The notes beneath the pieces were generated by a model. That model searched no databases. It was not told where the DNA came from and saw only the letters and a program-made list of their open reading frames with translations. Source: Gammaproteobacteria bacterium (GTDB lineage Bacteria > Pseudomonadota > Gammaproteobacteria > Steroidobacterales > MnTg04). Taken from it: a DNA stretch of 64,000 nt. The stretch spans positions 2,546 through 66,545 of the forward strand of contig JAPUGL010000031.1 of NCBI GenBank assembly GCA_027292775.1, written 5' to 3'. Positions 21,648-30,647 of the stretch are shown one piece after another (position 1 is the first letter of the stretch; every line of letters starts with the position of its first letter). The position numbers and the translations under genes were made by a program.

Positions 21648-23054
21648 TTATTCCTGGCTGCCCTGGCCGGCTGAACGCTTGCGCGCGCCCCTTCGCCGCG
21701 GGCGTCGCTTGCGTTTGCCGGATCTGGCGCCTTGCCCGACCTGTGCCATTTCACGCTGGGTTTTGTCATCGGCCAGTTGTATGTCCGTCCACCACTGCGC
21801 GGCTTCAGAGTCGAACCCGCCACTGGACGCTCGTAACAACATGAAATCATAGGCTGCGCGAAATCGCGGGTGATGCAAGAAGCGCAGGCTGCGTACTCCT
21901 CTTCGCATGTTGAAACGCGATTGCAGGGCCAGCATTTCTTTCATCGGGATGGTTGTTCGTCGCGGAACGCTGATGTGCGATTGCTGTGTCTTGACGATAT
22001 CTTCGACCGCCTGTTGCATGGCCGGTATCGGCGGCATGCCCTTACTGTGCAACTCGTCGAAACGTTTCTTGACCGGCGCCCAGAGCAGGACCGCAAACAA
22101 TAAGAACGCGGTCACCGGTTTTTCATCGTTGACCCGCTGGTCGGTGGTCGCAAGACCGTCGAACAGGAGTCGCCTGAGCTGGCCGTCTGCGTCCGTATCC
22201 AACTCGGCGGCCAGCGCCGGGAAAAGGTGGCCGACCAGGCGATAGTGTTCGAGCAACCGGAAACTTTCAGTCGCACGACCGGCTAAAAATATCTTGATGA
22301 TCTCATCGTAGAGGCGAGCCGGAGGTACGTCTTTGAGCAAATGTCCCAGTTCCCACAATGGCGCCTCAGACGGCGGGTCGATCGAAAAATCGAGTTTGGC
22401 TGCGAAACGCACGGCACGAAGCATGCGGACCGGGTCTTCGCGGTAGCGGGCCTCGGGATCGCCAATGACCCTGAGTATGCGTTTCTCGACGTCCTCAACC
22501 CCACCGACGAAATCCCAAATACTGTAACCATCGAGCGTGTAATACAGCGCATTGACTGTGAAGTCGCGGCGCCATACATCGTCTTCGAGTTTGCCATAAC
22601 GGTTGTCACGCAGAATGCGCCCGCCCTCGTCTGTCTGCCCGCGAATATCGCCTTCATCCAGTTCCTCATGGGTCGCCCTGAACGTCGCGACCTCGATGAT
22701 GTCGCGACCGAAATGAATATGCGCCAGGCGAAACCTTCGACCGATCAGGCGGCAATTACGGAACAGCCTGCGAACTTCTTCAGGGCTGGCATCGGTCGCT
22801 ACATCGAAATCCTTAGGCTGATGCCTGAGCAGCAGGTCGCGGACACAGCCGCCGACCAAAAAAGACTGGAAACCGCCCTTGTGCAGACGGTGCAGGACTT
22901 TGATGGCGTTTTCGGAGATATTGGCCCGCGACACCGTGTGATCTGAACGGGGGATAATGGACGGGCGATGTGTGTCCCGCCCTTTTTGGTCACTCAAATA
23001 GGATGCTCCGGTTGAGCAAATCAGATGGGGCCGTATAATACCACCCCCCGCCAC
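21648..23054 (-). CDS. pcnB: poly(A) polymerase I
   Basis: ISENAIKVLHRLHKGGFQSFLVGGCVRDLLL nucleotidyltransferase motif and a basic C-terminal tail. The start is uncertain because there is no ATG near the 5' end. The track start is GTG 23054. Confidence 0.9.
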   Translation of the reverse strand: MAGGGIIRPHLICSTGASYLSDQKGRDTHRPSIIPRSDHTVSRANISENAIKVLHRLHKGGFQSFLVGGCVRDLLLRHQPKDFDVATDASPEEVRRLFRNCRLIGRRFRLAHIHFGRDIIEVATFRATHEELDEGDIRGQTDEGGRILRDNRYGKLEDDVWRRDFTVNALYYTLDGYSIWDFVGGVEDVEKRILRVIGDPEARYREDPVRMLRAVRFAAKLDFSIDPPSEAPLWELGHLLKDVPPARLYDEIIKIFLAGRATESFRLLEHYRLVGHLFPALAAELDTDADGQLRRLLFDGLATTDQRVNDEKPVTAFLLFAVLLWAPVKKRFDELHSKGMPPIPAMQQAVEDIVKTQQSHISVPRRTTIPMKEMLALQSRFNMRRGVRSLRFLHHPRFRAAYDFMLLRASSGGFDSEAAQWWTDIQLADDKTQREMAQVGQGARSGKRKRRPRRRGARKRSAGQGSQE

Positions 23055-23075
23055 CGGCGGTATCAGAACAACAAC

Positions 23076-23150
23076 GCTCCCTTCGTCTAGCGGTCAGGAC
23101 GTCGGCCTCTCACGCCGAAAACAGGGGTTCGATTCCCCTAGGGAGCGCCA
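23076..23150 (+). tRNA. tRNA-Glu (anticodon CUC)
   Basis: The cloverleaf was read by hand. Acceptor GCTCCCT/AGGGAGC, anticodon stem TCGGC/GCCGA with loop CTCTCAC, T-arm AGGGG-TTCGATT-CCCCT, and an encoded GCCA end. It resembles E. coli tRNA-Glu. Confidence 0.9.
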
Positions 23151-23158
23151 TATTTTTC

Positions 23159-23201
23159 GATGATTTACAGATTTTAAAAAATTGGCAATCTGTAAATCAT
23201 C
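23159..23201. repeat. perfect 15-bp inverted repeat (GATGATTTACAGATT / AATCTGTAAATCATC) with a 13-nt AT-rich spacer
   Basis: Read directly from the sequence, 9 nt after the tRNA CCA end. No T-run follows it on either strand. Confidence 0.6.
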
Positions 23202-23449
23202 CGCGCTGCAAAATGAAGAGTCCAGTCGCTCGCTTACTTCATTAAACCAAAACACAAAGTCAGAACCGTTGAAGAAGAGAGACGCGTTACGCGGTTTTTC
23301 ATTTCGCAGTTACAGGCATGTCTTTAACGACTTTGCGAGTGCATATCGTCCCGCTTGTGTCTGTGGTCGCGCTCGCGTCATACTCGGCCAATACCGGGAC
23401 ATCAGCCGACAATGTCGCGAGTAAGGGCTCATGCCCAGGGGAGATAGAC

Positions 23450-24040
23450 ATGCCGGATAATCTCTATTCGATTATTGGAGCAGCGCTCATTCTGCTTTTC
23501 GCCGCCGTCTGGTTTTTTATTAAGAAAAAGAGCGGGCCGAGCATCCCTGACGCGCTTCGGCCGGGAAAATCATTGCCGGATTTCGCTGCAGCCGATGAGC
23601 AAGGCAATCCTGTCCAGTCTTCACAATTGATTGGGTTTCCGACAGTAATCCTTTTCGTTCGCGGTAACTGGTGCCCGTTTTGTACGAGGCAGGTTGAAGA
23701 GTTGACCAATCATTACAAAGATATCGTCGATCTCGGCGCCAAGCTTATATTCGTCACCCCAAAACCCCTCGAGATTACTCGCCGTGTTGCCGAGTTTTTT
23801 GAAGTCGAATTCGACTTCTGGCTGGACGATCAACTCAATGCAGTGAAGCAACTGGGGCTGCTTATGTCCGCCAGTGTGCCCGGCGATCACCGAAAAGAAT
23901 ACGGTGCAGATACGGTCTGGCCAACGGCACTGGTTGTTGATGCGGCGGGCATCATACGGTTCTCAAAACTTTCGCGGTATGTCATCGACCGGCCGGATCT
24001 AAAGGTGCTTCTGAACGAATTGAAAAAGTTGCAGGGTTGA
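23450..24040 (+). CDS. membrane-anchored thioredoxin-fold protein (AhpC/TSA or redoxin family)
   Basis: FVRGNWCPFCTRQVEEL CxxC-type motif. The start is moved to ATG 23450, which has GGGGAG upstream and gives an N-terminal TM helix (IIGAALILLFAAVWFFI). Confidence 0.8.
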   Translation: MPDNLYSIIGAALILLFAAVWFFIKKKSGPSIPDALRPGKSLPDFAAADEQGNPVQSSQLIGFPTVILFVRGNWCPFCTRQVEELTNHYKDIVDLGAKLIFVTPKPLEITRRVAEFFEVEFDFWLDDQLNAVKQLGLLMSASVPGDHRKEYGADTVWPTALVVDAAGIIRFSKLSRYVIDRPDLKVLLNELKKLQG

Positions 24041-24207
24041 CCGGCTTGTCAAATCCACGCTACCAGCAATAGCTGAATAACCGCTATTGGCCGAAAGGAG
24101 ACATTCTGGCTCGACCGGTGTGGAACCGGTCTAAGGTCTGCCAGGGGGAACTGATCCTTGTCGATTTTCGTCAACGCCCGGATGGCGTTTTCGATTAAAC
24201 TCTGCGC

Positions 24208-24570
24208 ATGGAAATCTTCAAAGGCTTTCAGATCGAAGCCGCGCATCGTCTGCCAAACCTGCCGGAAGATCACAAGTGCAGCCGCCTGCACGGGCATTCT
24301 TTCCGGATCGAAGTGCACGTGTCCGGCGATGTCGGTGACGACAGCGGCTGGGTCATTGATTTTGCCGAATTGAAGAAAGCGTTCCAACCCTTGTTCGATG
24401 AACTCGATCACCGTTATCTTAACGATATCGCGGGCCTGGAAAATCCGACCAGCGAAAACCTGGCGCGCTGGATCTGGGGCCGGCTGATTGGCGATCTAGC
24501 CGGCCTGTGCCGTGTAGTGGTTTGCGAAACCTGTAATTCAGGCTGCAGCTATACGGGCCCATCTTCCTGA
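24208..24570 (+). CDS. queD: 6-carboxy-5,6,7,8-tetrahydropterin synthase
   Basis: FQIEAAHRLPNLPEDHKCSRLHGHSFRIEV with the Zn-binding His residues of the QueD/PTPS family. Confidence 0.9.
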   Translation: MEIFKGFQIEAAHRLPNLPEDHKCSRLHGHSFRIEVHVSGDVGDDSGWVIDFAELKKAFQPLFDELDHRYLNDIAGLENPTSENLARWIWGRLIGDLAGLCRVVVCETCNSGCSYTGPSS

Positions 24571-24582
24571 CCAGGCCCAATC

Positions 24583-26856
24583 TTGCCGGAGCAAAAACTC
24601 AACCAGGCGATCGCTTTTTATCAACACGGTCAGACCGGGCAGGCACAGAGGCTTTGCGCCGAGATTCTTGAAAACCAACCCGACCACCCGGTCGCTAATC
24701 GGCTGATGGCGGCACTGTTAGGCGCAATCGGAGACACCAATCCGGCGCTGGCGCATATCCGGCGCAGCCTGGATCAGACGCCCGACGATCTCGAAGCTCT
24801 GCTCACGCTGGCCAGCCTGCAGAGGCGCGTCGGCGAACCCGATCAGGCCGAGGCAACGCTGCGGCATGTCCTGACCGTACACCCGCAGGCAGCGGCGGCG
24901 CATTCAAATCTCGGCAATTTGTTGCTGGCAATCGGAAAGACGGCGCAGGCGGCCACGGAATTCGAAAATGCCCTGGCTTGCCAGCCGGATTTTCCGGATG
25001 CGCTTTTCAACCTTGGCGTGATGTTGATGCAGACCGGCGACTATGCCGGCGCGGCGGAAACCCTGGTGAGATGTTTGTCGGTCGCGCCTGCGGATGCCGA
25101 TGCCGCATACAACCTCGGGCTGATTTTTTCGGCACAGCGAAATCCGGACGCGATCAAGGCCTTCCAGCAGGCGCTGCATTACCAGCCCGATCATCACGAG
25201 GCGCATTTCTCTTTGGCTATGGCGCTGGCCGACCGGCAGAAATTCGAGCCAATGCGCAAACATTTCCGGGCGGCTTGCGGACTCGCGCCGGCGAATGTGG
25301 CTTACCGAATTTCCTATACCGTTGCGCTTGGCCGCTTCCAGCCCGCCGGCAACGACGCGGATCTGGAACAGGAGTTGCTTGCGCTTTTTTCATCGCAAGA
25401 CCTGAATCTCGAGCTGTTGTTCCGGCCGGCGCTGAATTACCTGAGAGCGAAAGCGGATTTTTTCCTGCTGCAGGCTAATGGGATGGCCATAGACATAGGC
25501 CAACTATCGGTCGAGAAGTTGCTCGAGCAGCTTTGTGAGCCGCTCCTGCTCGCCGTCCTGTGCCACTGCCTGGCTGCGGATGCGGAGCTGGAAGCCTTGC
25601 TGAAAGCAAGCCGGCGCAAGATTCTGCTGTGGGCGGCGGATACCGCACCTGATAGCTCCGTCGCAAACAATCTAACCGGGTTTTTGCAGGCTCTGGCCCG
25701 TCAACTTCATGTCAACGAGTACCTGTGGCTGGCCGATAATGAAGAAATGGCGGCGGTTGACAGCTTGCTCGGCGCGGCGACCGGCGCCGATTCCTGGCGC
25801 GCCTTGCTCGCCGCGTGTTACCGCCCGTTGCCGGAATTCCCCGAAGGATTGCGGCAATCTCTGAGCGACAATCCAGAATGTTCGGATTTGTACCGGTTGC
25901 AGATGGCGGACAGCCAGGAACGCGAGCTGCTCGCGGAGCAAATGGAGTCACTCGCAAAAATCGATGACGTGGTTTCCAGAAAAGTTCGCAGCCTGTATGA
26001 GGACAACCCGTATCCCCGCTGGCAGACCGCGAGCCGTGAAAACGGCAAGGATTTCTTTTCACAAATTCGATCCATATTTCCGTTGCTGGATCCGGCGGGG
26101 CTGGCCAAACCAGATCGGCCCGAGATCCTGGTCGCCGGTTGCGGCACTGGGCGGCACGCGATCGAAACCGCCTCCAAGTACAACAACAGCAAAGTACTGG
26201 CGGTCGATTTAAGCCGGAGCAGCCTGGCCTACGCACAACAAATGAGCCGACGGCTGGGCCAGGAAAATATCGATTATCTACAGGCAGATATTTTGAACCT
26301 GGCAGCGCTGAATCGGAAATTCGACTTGATCGAAAGCTCCGGCGTGCTCCATCACATGGCCGATCCCATGGCCGGCTGGCGGGTACTGGTCGGACTGCTC
26401 AGCAAACATGGGCTGATGCGCATCGGTCTGTACAGTGAACTGGGCAGAACTGATATCGTTGCCGCAAGGCAAATACTGCCGGATGCCGAATCGATCACGC
26501 CCGATGACATCAGGAAATCCAGGGAGAATATACTGGCCCTTTCCAATGACCACCCGGCCGCCAGCATTAAAAAGAACATGGATTTTTTTGCCTTGTCCAC
26601 CTGCCGCGACCTGTTGTTTCATGTGCAGGAACACCGCTTCACGCTGCCGCAGATCGAAGATTGTCTCGATGAACTCGGCCTGGAACTGATCGGCTTTGAC
26701 CTCGGGTCGGGCCAGGCTGCTAATTCATATCTGCAACGATTTGCAGACAATCCGCAAATGGACCGTCTCGACCATTGGCATGAGCTTGAGCAGGAGAATC
26801 CGGCGTTGTTTGCCGGCATGTATGAATTCTGGGTGCGCCAGCGACGCAAACGCTAA
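24583..26856 (+). CDS. TPR-repeat protein fused to a class I SAM-dependent methyltransferase
   Basis: N-terminal TPR units of about 230 aa, a central YEDNPYPRW segment, MTase motif I ILVAGCGTGRHA and DLIESSGVLHHM. TTG start 12 nt after the queD stop. Confidence 0.85.
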   Translation: MPEQKLNQAIAFYQHGQTGQAQRLCAEILENQPDHPVANRLMAALLGAIGDTNPALAHIRRSLDQTPDDLEALLTLASLQRRVGEPDQAEATLRHVLTVHPQAAAAHSNLGNLLLAIGKTAQAATEFENALACQPDFPDALFNLGVMLMQTGDYAGAAETLVRCLSVAPADADAAYNLGLIFSAQRNPDAIKAFQQALHYQPDHHEAHFSLAMALADRQKFEPMRKHFRAACGLAPANVAYRISYTVALGRFQPAGNDADLEQELLALFSSQDLNLELLFRPALNYLRAKADFFLLQANGMAIDIGQLSVEKLLEQLCEPLLLAVLCHCLAADAELEALLKASRRKILLWAADTAPDSSVANNLTGFLQALARQLHVNEYLWLADNEEMAAVDSLLGAATGADSWRALLAACYRPLPEFPEGLRQSLSDNPECSDLYRLQMADSQERELLAEQMESLAKIDDVVSRKVRSLYEDNPYPRWQTASRENGKDFFSQIRSIFPLLDPAGLAKPDRPEILVAGCGTGRHAIETASKYNNSKVLAVDLSRSSLAYAQQMSRRLGQENIDYLQADILNLAALNRKFDLIESSGVLHHMADPMAGWRVLVGLLSKHGLMRIGLYSELGRTDIVAARQILPDAESITPDDIRKSRENILALSNDHPAASIKKNMDFFALSTCRDLLFHVQEHRFTLPQIEDCLDELGLELIGFDLGSGQAANSYLQRFADNPQMDRLDHWHELEQENPALFAGMYEFWVRQRRKR

Positions 26857-26857
26857 C

Positions 26858-27163
26858 TTACAGATTCTTGTTGCGCGATGCAGCGAGCTGACCATAAAGG
26901 CTGACAATGGTCTCGGCGGCGCAGTCTGTTTCTTCTTTCGACATTTTCCGAACGGTGGCAAAGACAGGCCCTTCACCATTTATCGCTCCGACCCGGTTCA
27001 AATCACCTGTCAGACGCTTGAACTTACTCCTGGCGCTTTTTGGTAATTGATCTGGTTCCAGATCATCCAGGTGGCCAATATAGGCGCCGACCAGTCGTTT
27101 CTTAATAGATCCGGATCCGGCCAACTCCAGGGTCGCCCGAAAAAATCGCTCTTTGGTATTCAA
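26858..27163 (-). CDS. hypothetical protein (101 aa)
   Basis: TTG start preceded by AAGGGGA at a suitable spacing. I recognise no motif. Convergent with the TPR-MTase gene, separated by 1 nt. Confidence 0.45.
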   Translation of the reverse strand: MNTKERFFRATLELAGSGSIKKRLVGAYIGHLDDLEPDQLPKSARSKFKRLTGDLNRVGAINGEGPVFATVRKMSKEETDCAAETIVSLYGQLAASRNKNL

Positions 27164-27494
27164 TATCTTGTCCCCTTAGTTCTATTCGGACCATTTGCCA
27201 TGGTTTCCGACTTGTATGAGGCTCTCTTGGCGTGCGGCCAATACCTGTGTCTGGCAATTCCGTATGCAATTCAACAGGCTGGCTTAACAATATATAACAA
27301 TTTGTGGTTTATGCAAAATACCCGAACCAAACAACCCTGTCAGAGATCATGTTGCGTGGTACAAAAAATACACGCCGACTCGAATCTGGCGGATTGCCTC
27401 GGGCGAGGGGAACTCGCCGCCGGGCTTTAAGTCGCATCAGAATAGCGGTACAAATAGACAAAACCACACCGACCGCTCATCGGGAGCTCAGAAC

Positions 27495-28598
27495 ATGCCA
27501 GTAAAACCATCGCGGCCCAGTGCTGTCCCGATTTTGACAAGCTTGATTCTGTACCTTGCTGTGCTAGCGCCCACGGCGGTGCTGGCTAACGATGCGCAGG
27601 CGGCGGCGCGCCTGCAGCAGCTTGGAGATGCCGTGTCTAGCGACCGCCAGCACTTGGCCAGGGGATGGCTTGTGGAGGTCAGTTCAGACCCGACGCTGAC
27701 GGTGAATGCGCGGGAGTTCCTGCTATACGAGGGGCTGCTGGCGCTCGGATCGTTGGCTAACCCTGATGATCAGACAAGGAACGCGGTCAAAGAGCTGTTG
27801 GGATACCAGTCCGCATCGACGACGACTCTGTCAGAGGGCAACCGCCGGCTGACGGTCCCGCTGCACGATATCTCCTCGGCTGCGCGGCTGACCCTGGGTA
27901 ACTGGCGAGTGCAGTCTGCCCGCCGCGAAATCCTCAGCAAGATCGCAAGCGGTCAGCCACCGCTGCCCGACTGGTCCGCCGATGCGAACGAAAACCGGCG
28001 AATCGCTGCCGGCCTGAAACAGGCGTTGGCAGAGCTTTCGCCGGCCGAATTGCGAGCCTGGCGTATGCAGATCTCGTCCGCGCTATACGACGACCCACGA
28101 CTCGCCAGCAGCGTTTTGCTGATCGCCCGGCGGCTCGGGGACCAATATCTGTACCGGCAACTGGCAACCCAGGCCCCTGCCCCGGTAGTTCTCGATATGA
28201 TTCGCGACCTGGACCAATCTCTGGATTCGGGAAAAAACCTCGCGATCCTCAGCCTGGTCCGGCAACGCGATGAGCTGGCGTCGGCGGCCATCCTGGCCAC
28301 CGGCAGGCTGCAAATAAATGATCCGAGCGCCAAAGAACTACTGTTTGCCCTGCTGGATGACCCGCTTCATGGCGGCTCAGCCGCCAGCGCGCTGGCCAGG
28401 AATGGGAGTCTGCCAGATATTCGACGACTCGCCGCCATAGTCCTCGACGAAAGCGCAGGAACCGCGAGGCGAACAGCCGTTCTGGCGCTCCGCCTGAATA
28501 TCAGCCCCGCCGCCAGAACGGAGCTTGGCCGCCTGGCAGCCGATCCGCGTTTGTCCCGCAATCTCAGGCAGGAGATCACACAATGGCTGGATCTGTGA
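27495..28598 (+). CDS. hypothetical secreted protein, Ala/Leu/Arg-rich with helical (HEAT-like) repeats
   Basis: Signal peptide ILTSLILYLAVLAPTAVLANDA. The C-terminal part resembles HEAT/armadillo-like units (LLDDPLHGGSAASALARNG..IRRLAAIVLDE). Overlaps the next gene by 16 nt. Confidence 0.6.
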   Translation: MPVKPSRPSAVPILTSLILYLAVLAPTAVLANDAQAAARLQQLGDAVSSDRQHLARGWLVEVSSDPTLTVNAREFLLYEGLLALGSLANPDDQTRNAVKELLGYQSASTTTLSEGNRRLTVPLHDISSAARLTLGNWRVQSARREILSKIASGQPPLPDWSADANENRRIAAGLKQALAELSPAELRAWRMQISSALYDDPRLASSVLLIARRLGDQYLYRQLATQAPAPVVLDMIRDLDQSLDSGKNLAILSLVRQRDELASAAILATGRLQINDPSAKELLFALLDDPLHGGSAASALARNGSLPDIRRLAAIVLDESAGTARRTAVLALRLNISPAARTELGRLAADPRLSRNLRQEITQWLDL

Positions 28599-30610
28599 AT
28601 CGCTCCTTTCTGACTCGGCTGGGCGTCATGGCCGGCCTGCTCGTCTCGGCAAATGCAGGCGCCCAGTGTTTCTTCGACCAGTTCGGTGAGATCGTCAACC
28701 CGTTTGATCCCGGCTGTGGCGATGTTCAGTTCACCTATACCGAGAATGACAACAGCGGCATGAATATCGCGCTGGGCTTCACGCCGCCGGTTACGGTCGC
28801 GTCGCTGACCGCCGTGGACGGATTCCGCGAATATCTCAGTTTGCATGCGCAGCACCAGGCCCTGATGATGGCCAACCCGGACGAGGTCAACGGCAGCATC
28901 GTGGGCCAGACCCTTTCGGGCCGGGATATCTGGGCCTACCAGCTTGGCGATACCGCAGACTCGTTGACCGTCGACGGTCTGCCCGAGCCGGCGGTGATGG
29001 TCAACACCGGCACTCACGCCCGGGAATGGCAAGCGCCGGAAGCCTCAACCGAATTGTTCGAAACCCTGGTCGAAAACAAGGCCGATGGCAGTGTGGGTCA
29101 GTACCTCGCCGAAAACCTCAACGTCGTTATCCTGCCGGTACTCAATATCGACGGCTTTGTCCAGACCCAGAGTTTTCCACTCAATGTCATGGCTGACCCC
29201 GGCCAGCCGAGGGACGGCCGGATGCGCCGGAAAAACCTGCGTAATCCGGTGACACTGGGCCTGGTCGATTCGAACCTGTCCACTATTGGCGATAATTTCT
29301 GGGGCGTCGATCTCAACCGCAACAATGCGGTCGGCTTCGGCTTGAACAACGGGTCCTGGGGTCAGGGGCGCGAGACCAGCCTGATTTTTCGCAGCCTGAG
29401 CGTGGCTTCGGAACCCGAAATACTGGCTCTGCAGAACGGCGCCCAACTGGGACCGGAGGATCGCCTGAGGATGTACACAGACATCCATGCATTTACCCAA
29501 ATATATTTCACGCCGCTCACTGGTAACACGCGCCGCGACAACATCACCGTGGCGTTGATGAATCACATGCGCGTGGCCTCACCGAGAATCTACCGCGATG
29601 GCCGGGACTTCCCCGATCAGGTCGGCAACCAGGGCATCGGCACCACTTCGGATTATTTCGCCTACACCTATCAGATTCCATCCTGGACCCTGGAAACCGA
29701 ACCCTTGAATGGCGCGCAGGACTACGGCGGCACCAGTACTCATGGCCACAGCGGCTTCATCCTGCCTGACAGCCAGGTGGCTCGAATGCGCGACGATATC
29801 ACCAACATGATGCGGCTGGGTTTTTACCGCCAGGCAGCACCGCCCAGAATACAGGCAGTTCAGATCAGTGAGGCGGCGACGGGTAACGTCGTCTATGAAG
29901 CAAGTTGGGTCACAGCAGGCGGCCATAGCCGGACACTTGCGGTGACCAGCAACAGTGCGATGGTGCCCGGTGGCGACTACCGGCTGTGGCTGGCTTTTAA
30001 CAAACCCATGCGCTGGCGCGACGATATCGGCAATATCATCCGTTATCAGGGGCAAACCGTTGATGGCGCGACCGGCAGCGCCCAGCTGGAACTGCCTACC
30101 GTCACCGGCGAACCCACCGTATCCATACCGATCAATACGGCATCGGCTTGGCTTAACCAGCCCGGCGGCGCGCCGAACGGTTACCTGCGTTACGCAGACG
30201 ACGCGCTCGTAGCTGATTTCACGATTCAGGCGAATCTTGATATCAGCGACGCTGTGCCCGCGGTTTTGTCAATCAGCAATCTCGATTTTTCGGATGCCAA
30301 GCTGGATGCCGACCCTTCGACCGCAGTGGACTGGTCCAACGGCGCCTGGATCAATTACGAGGACCAGTTTGGCGTCGCCGGTGATCTCGGTGGCGTAGAT
30401 TGCACGCTGCAGGTTTTTGTGGCCCCGAACAGCGGCGATCCCCCAACAGCGGGCACCGCCATCTGTATCGCGGCCGTGGTCCCGCCGCCACCGCCGCCAC
30501 CCCCACCGCCGTCAGGAGGTGGCGGGGGCAGCCTGGTTTGGCTGCTGGGACTGCTGCTGCTCATGATCGGCTGGAGTTTCAGAGACAACGTCTCGGCTGG
30601 CAAGCGATAA
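28583..30610 (+). CDS. M14 family zinc carboxypeptidase with extended C-terminal region and GlyGly-CTERM-like tail
   Basis: Signal peptide, Zn site THAREWQAPE (HxxE), a second His in DIHAFTQ and an SWTLETEP catalytic-Glu region. The C-terminus reads P10-SGGGGGS-LVWLLGLLLLMIGW-SFR..GKR. Confidence 0.85.
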   Translation: MAGSVNRSFLTRLGVMAGLLVSANAGAQCFFDQFGEIVNPFDPGCGDVQFTYTENDNSGMNIALGFTPPVTVASLTAVDGFREYLSLHAQHQALMMANPDEVNGSIVGQTLSGRDIWAYQLGDTADSLTVDGLPEPAVMVNTGTHAREWQAPEASTELFETLVENKADGSVGQYLAENLNVVILPVLNIDGFVQTQSFPLNVMADPGQPRDGRMRRKNLRNPVTLGLVDSNLSTIGDNFWGVDLNRNNAVGFGLNNGSWGQGRETSLIFRSLSVASEPEILALQNGAQLGPEDRLRMYTDIHAFTQIYFTPLTGNTRRDNITVALMNHMRVASPRIYRDGRDFPDQVGNQGIGTTSDYFAYTYQIPSWTLETEPLNGAQDYGGTSTHGHSGFILPDSQVARMRDDITNMMRLGFYRQAAPPRIQAVQISEAATGNVVYEASWVTAGGHSRTLAVTSNSAMVPGGDYRLWLAFNKPMRWRDDIGNIIRYQGQTVDGATGSAQLELPTVTGEPTVSIPINTASAWLNQPGGAPNGYLRYADDALVADFTIQANLDISDAVPAVLSISNLDFSDAKLDADPSTAVDWSNGAWINYEDQFGVAGDLGGVDCTLQVFVAPNSGDPPTAGTAICIAAVVPPPPPPPPPPSGGGGGSLVWLLGLLLLMIGWSFRDNVSAGKR

Positions 30611-30647
30611 ACACTGACACAGCCCGTTACCGTAAGATACCGGTGCG

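Noticed and set aside
24049-24411. 120-aa minus-strand ORF
   Set aside because: It overlaps queD on the opposite strand, and queD carries clear family motifs.
27252-27268. Sigma-54-like TGGCAA-N-TATGCA upstream of the secreted-protein/M14 pair
   Set aside because: The GG-to-GC spacing is one base too long, and no enhancer-binding protein gene is nearby.
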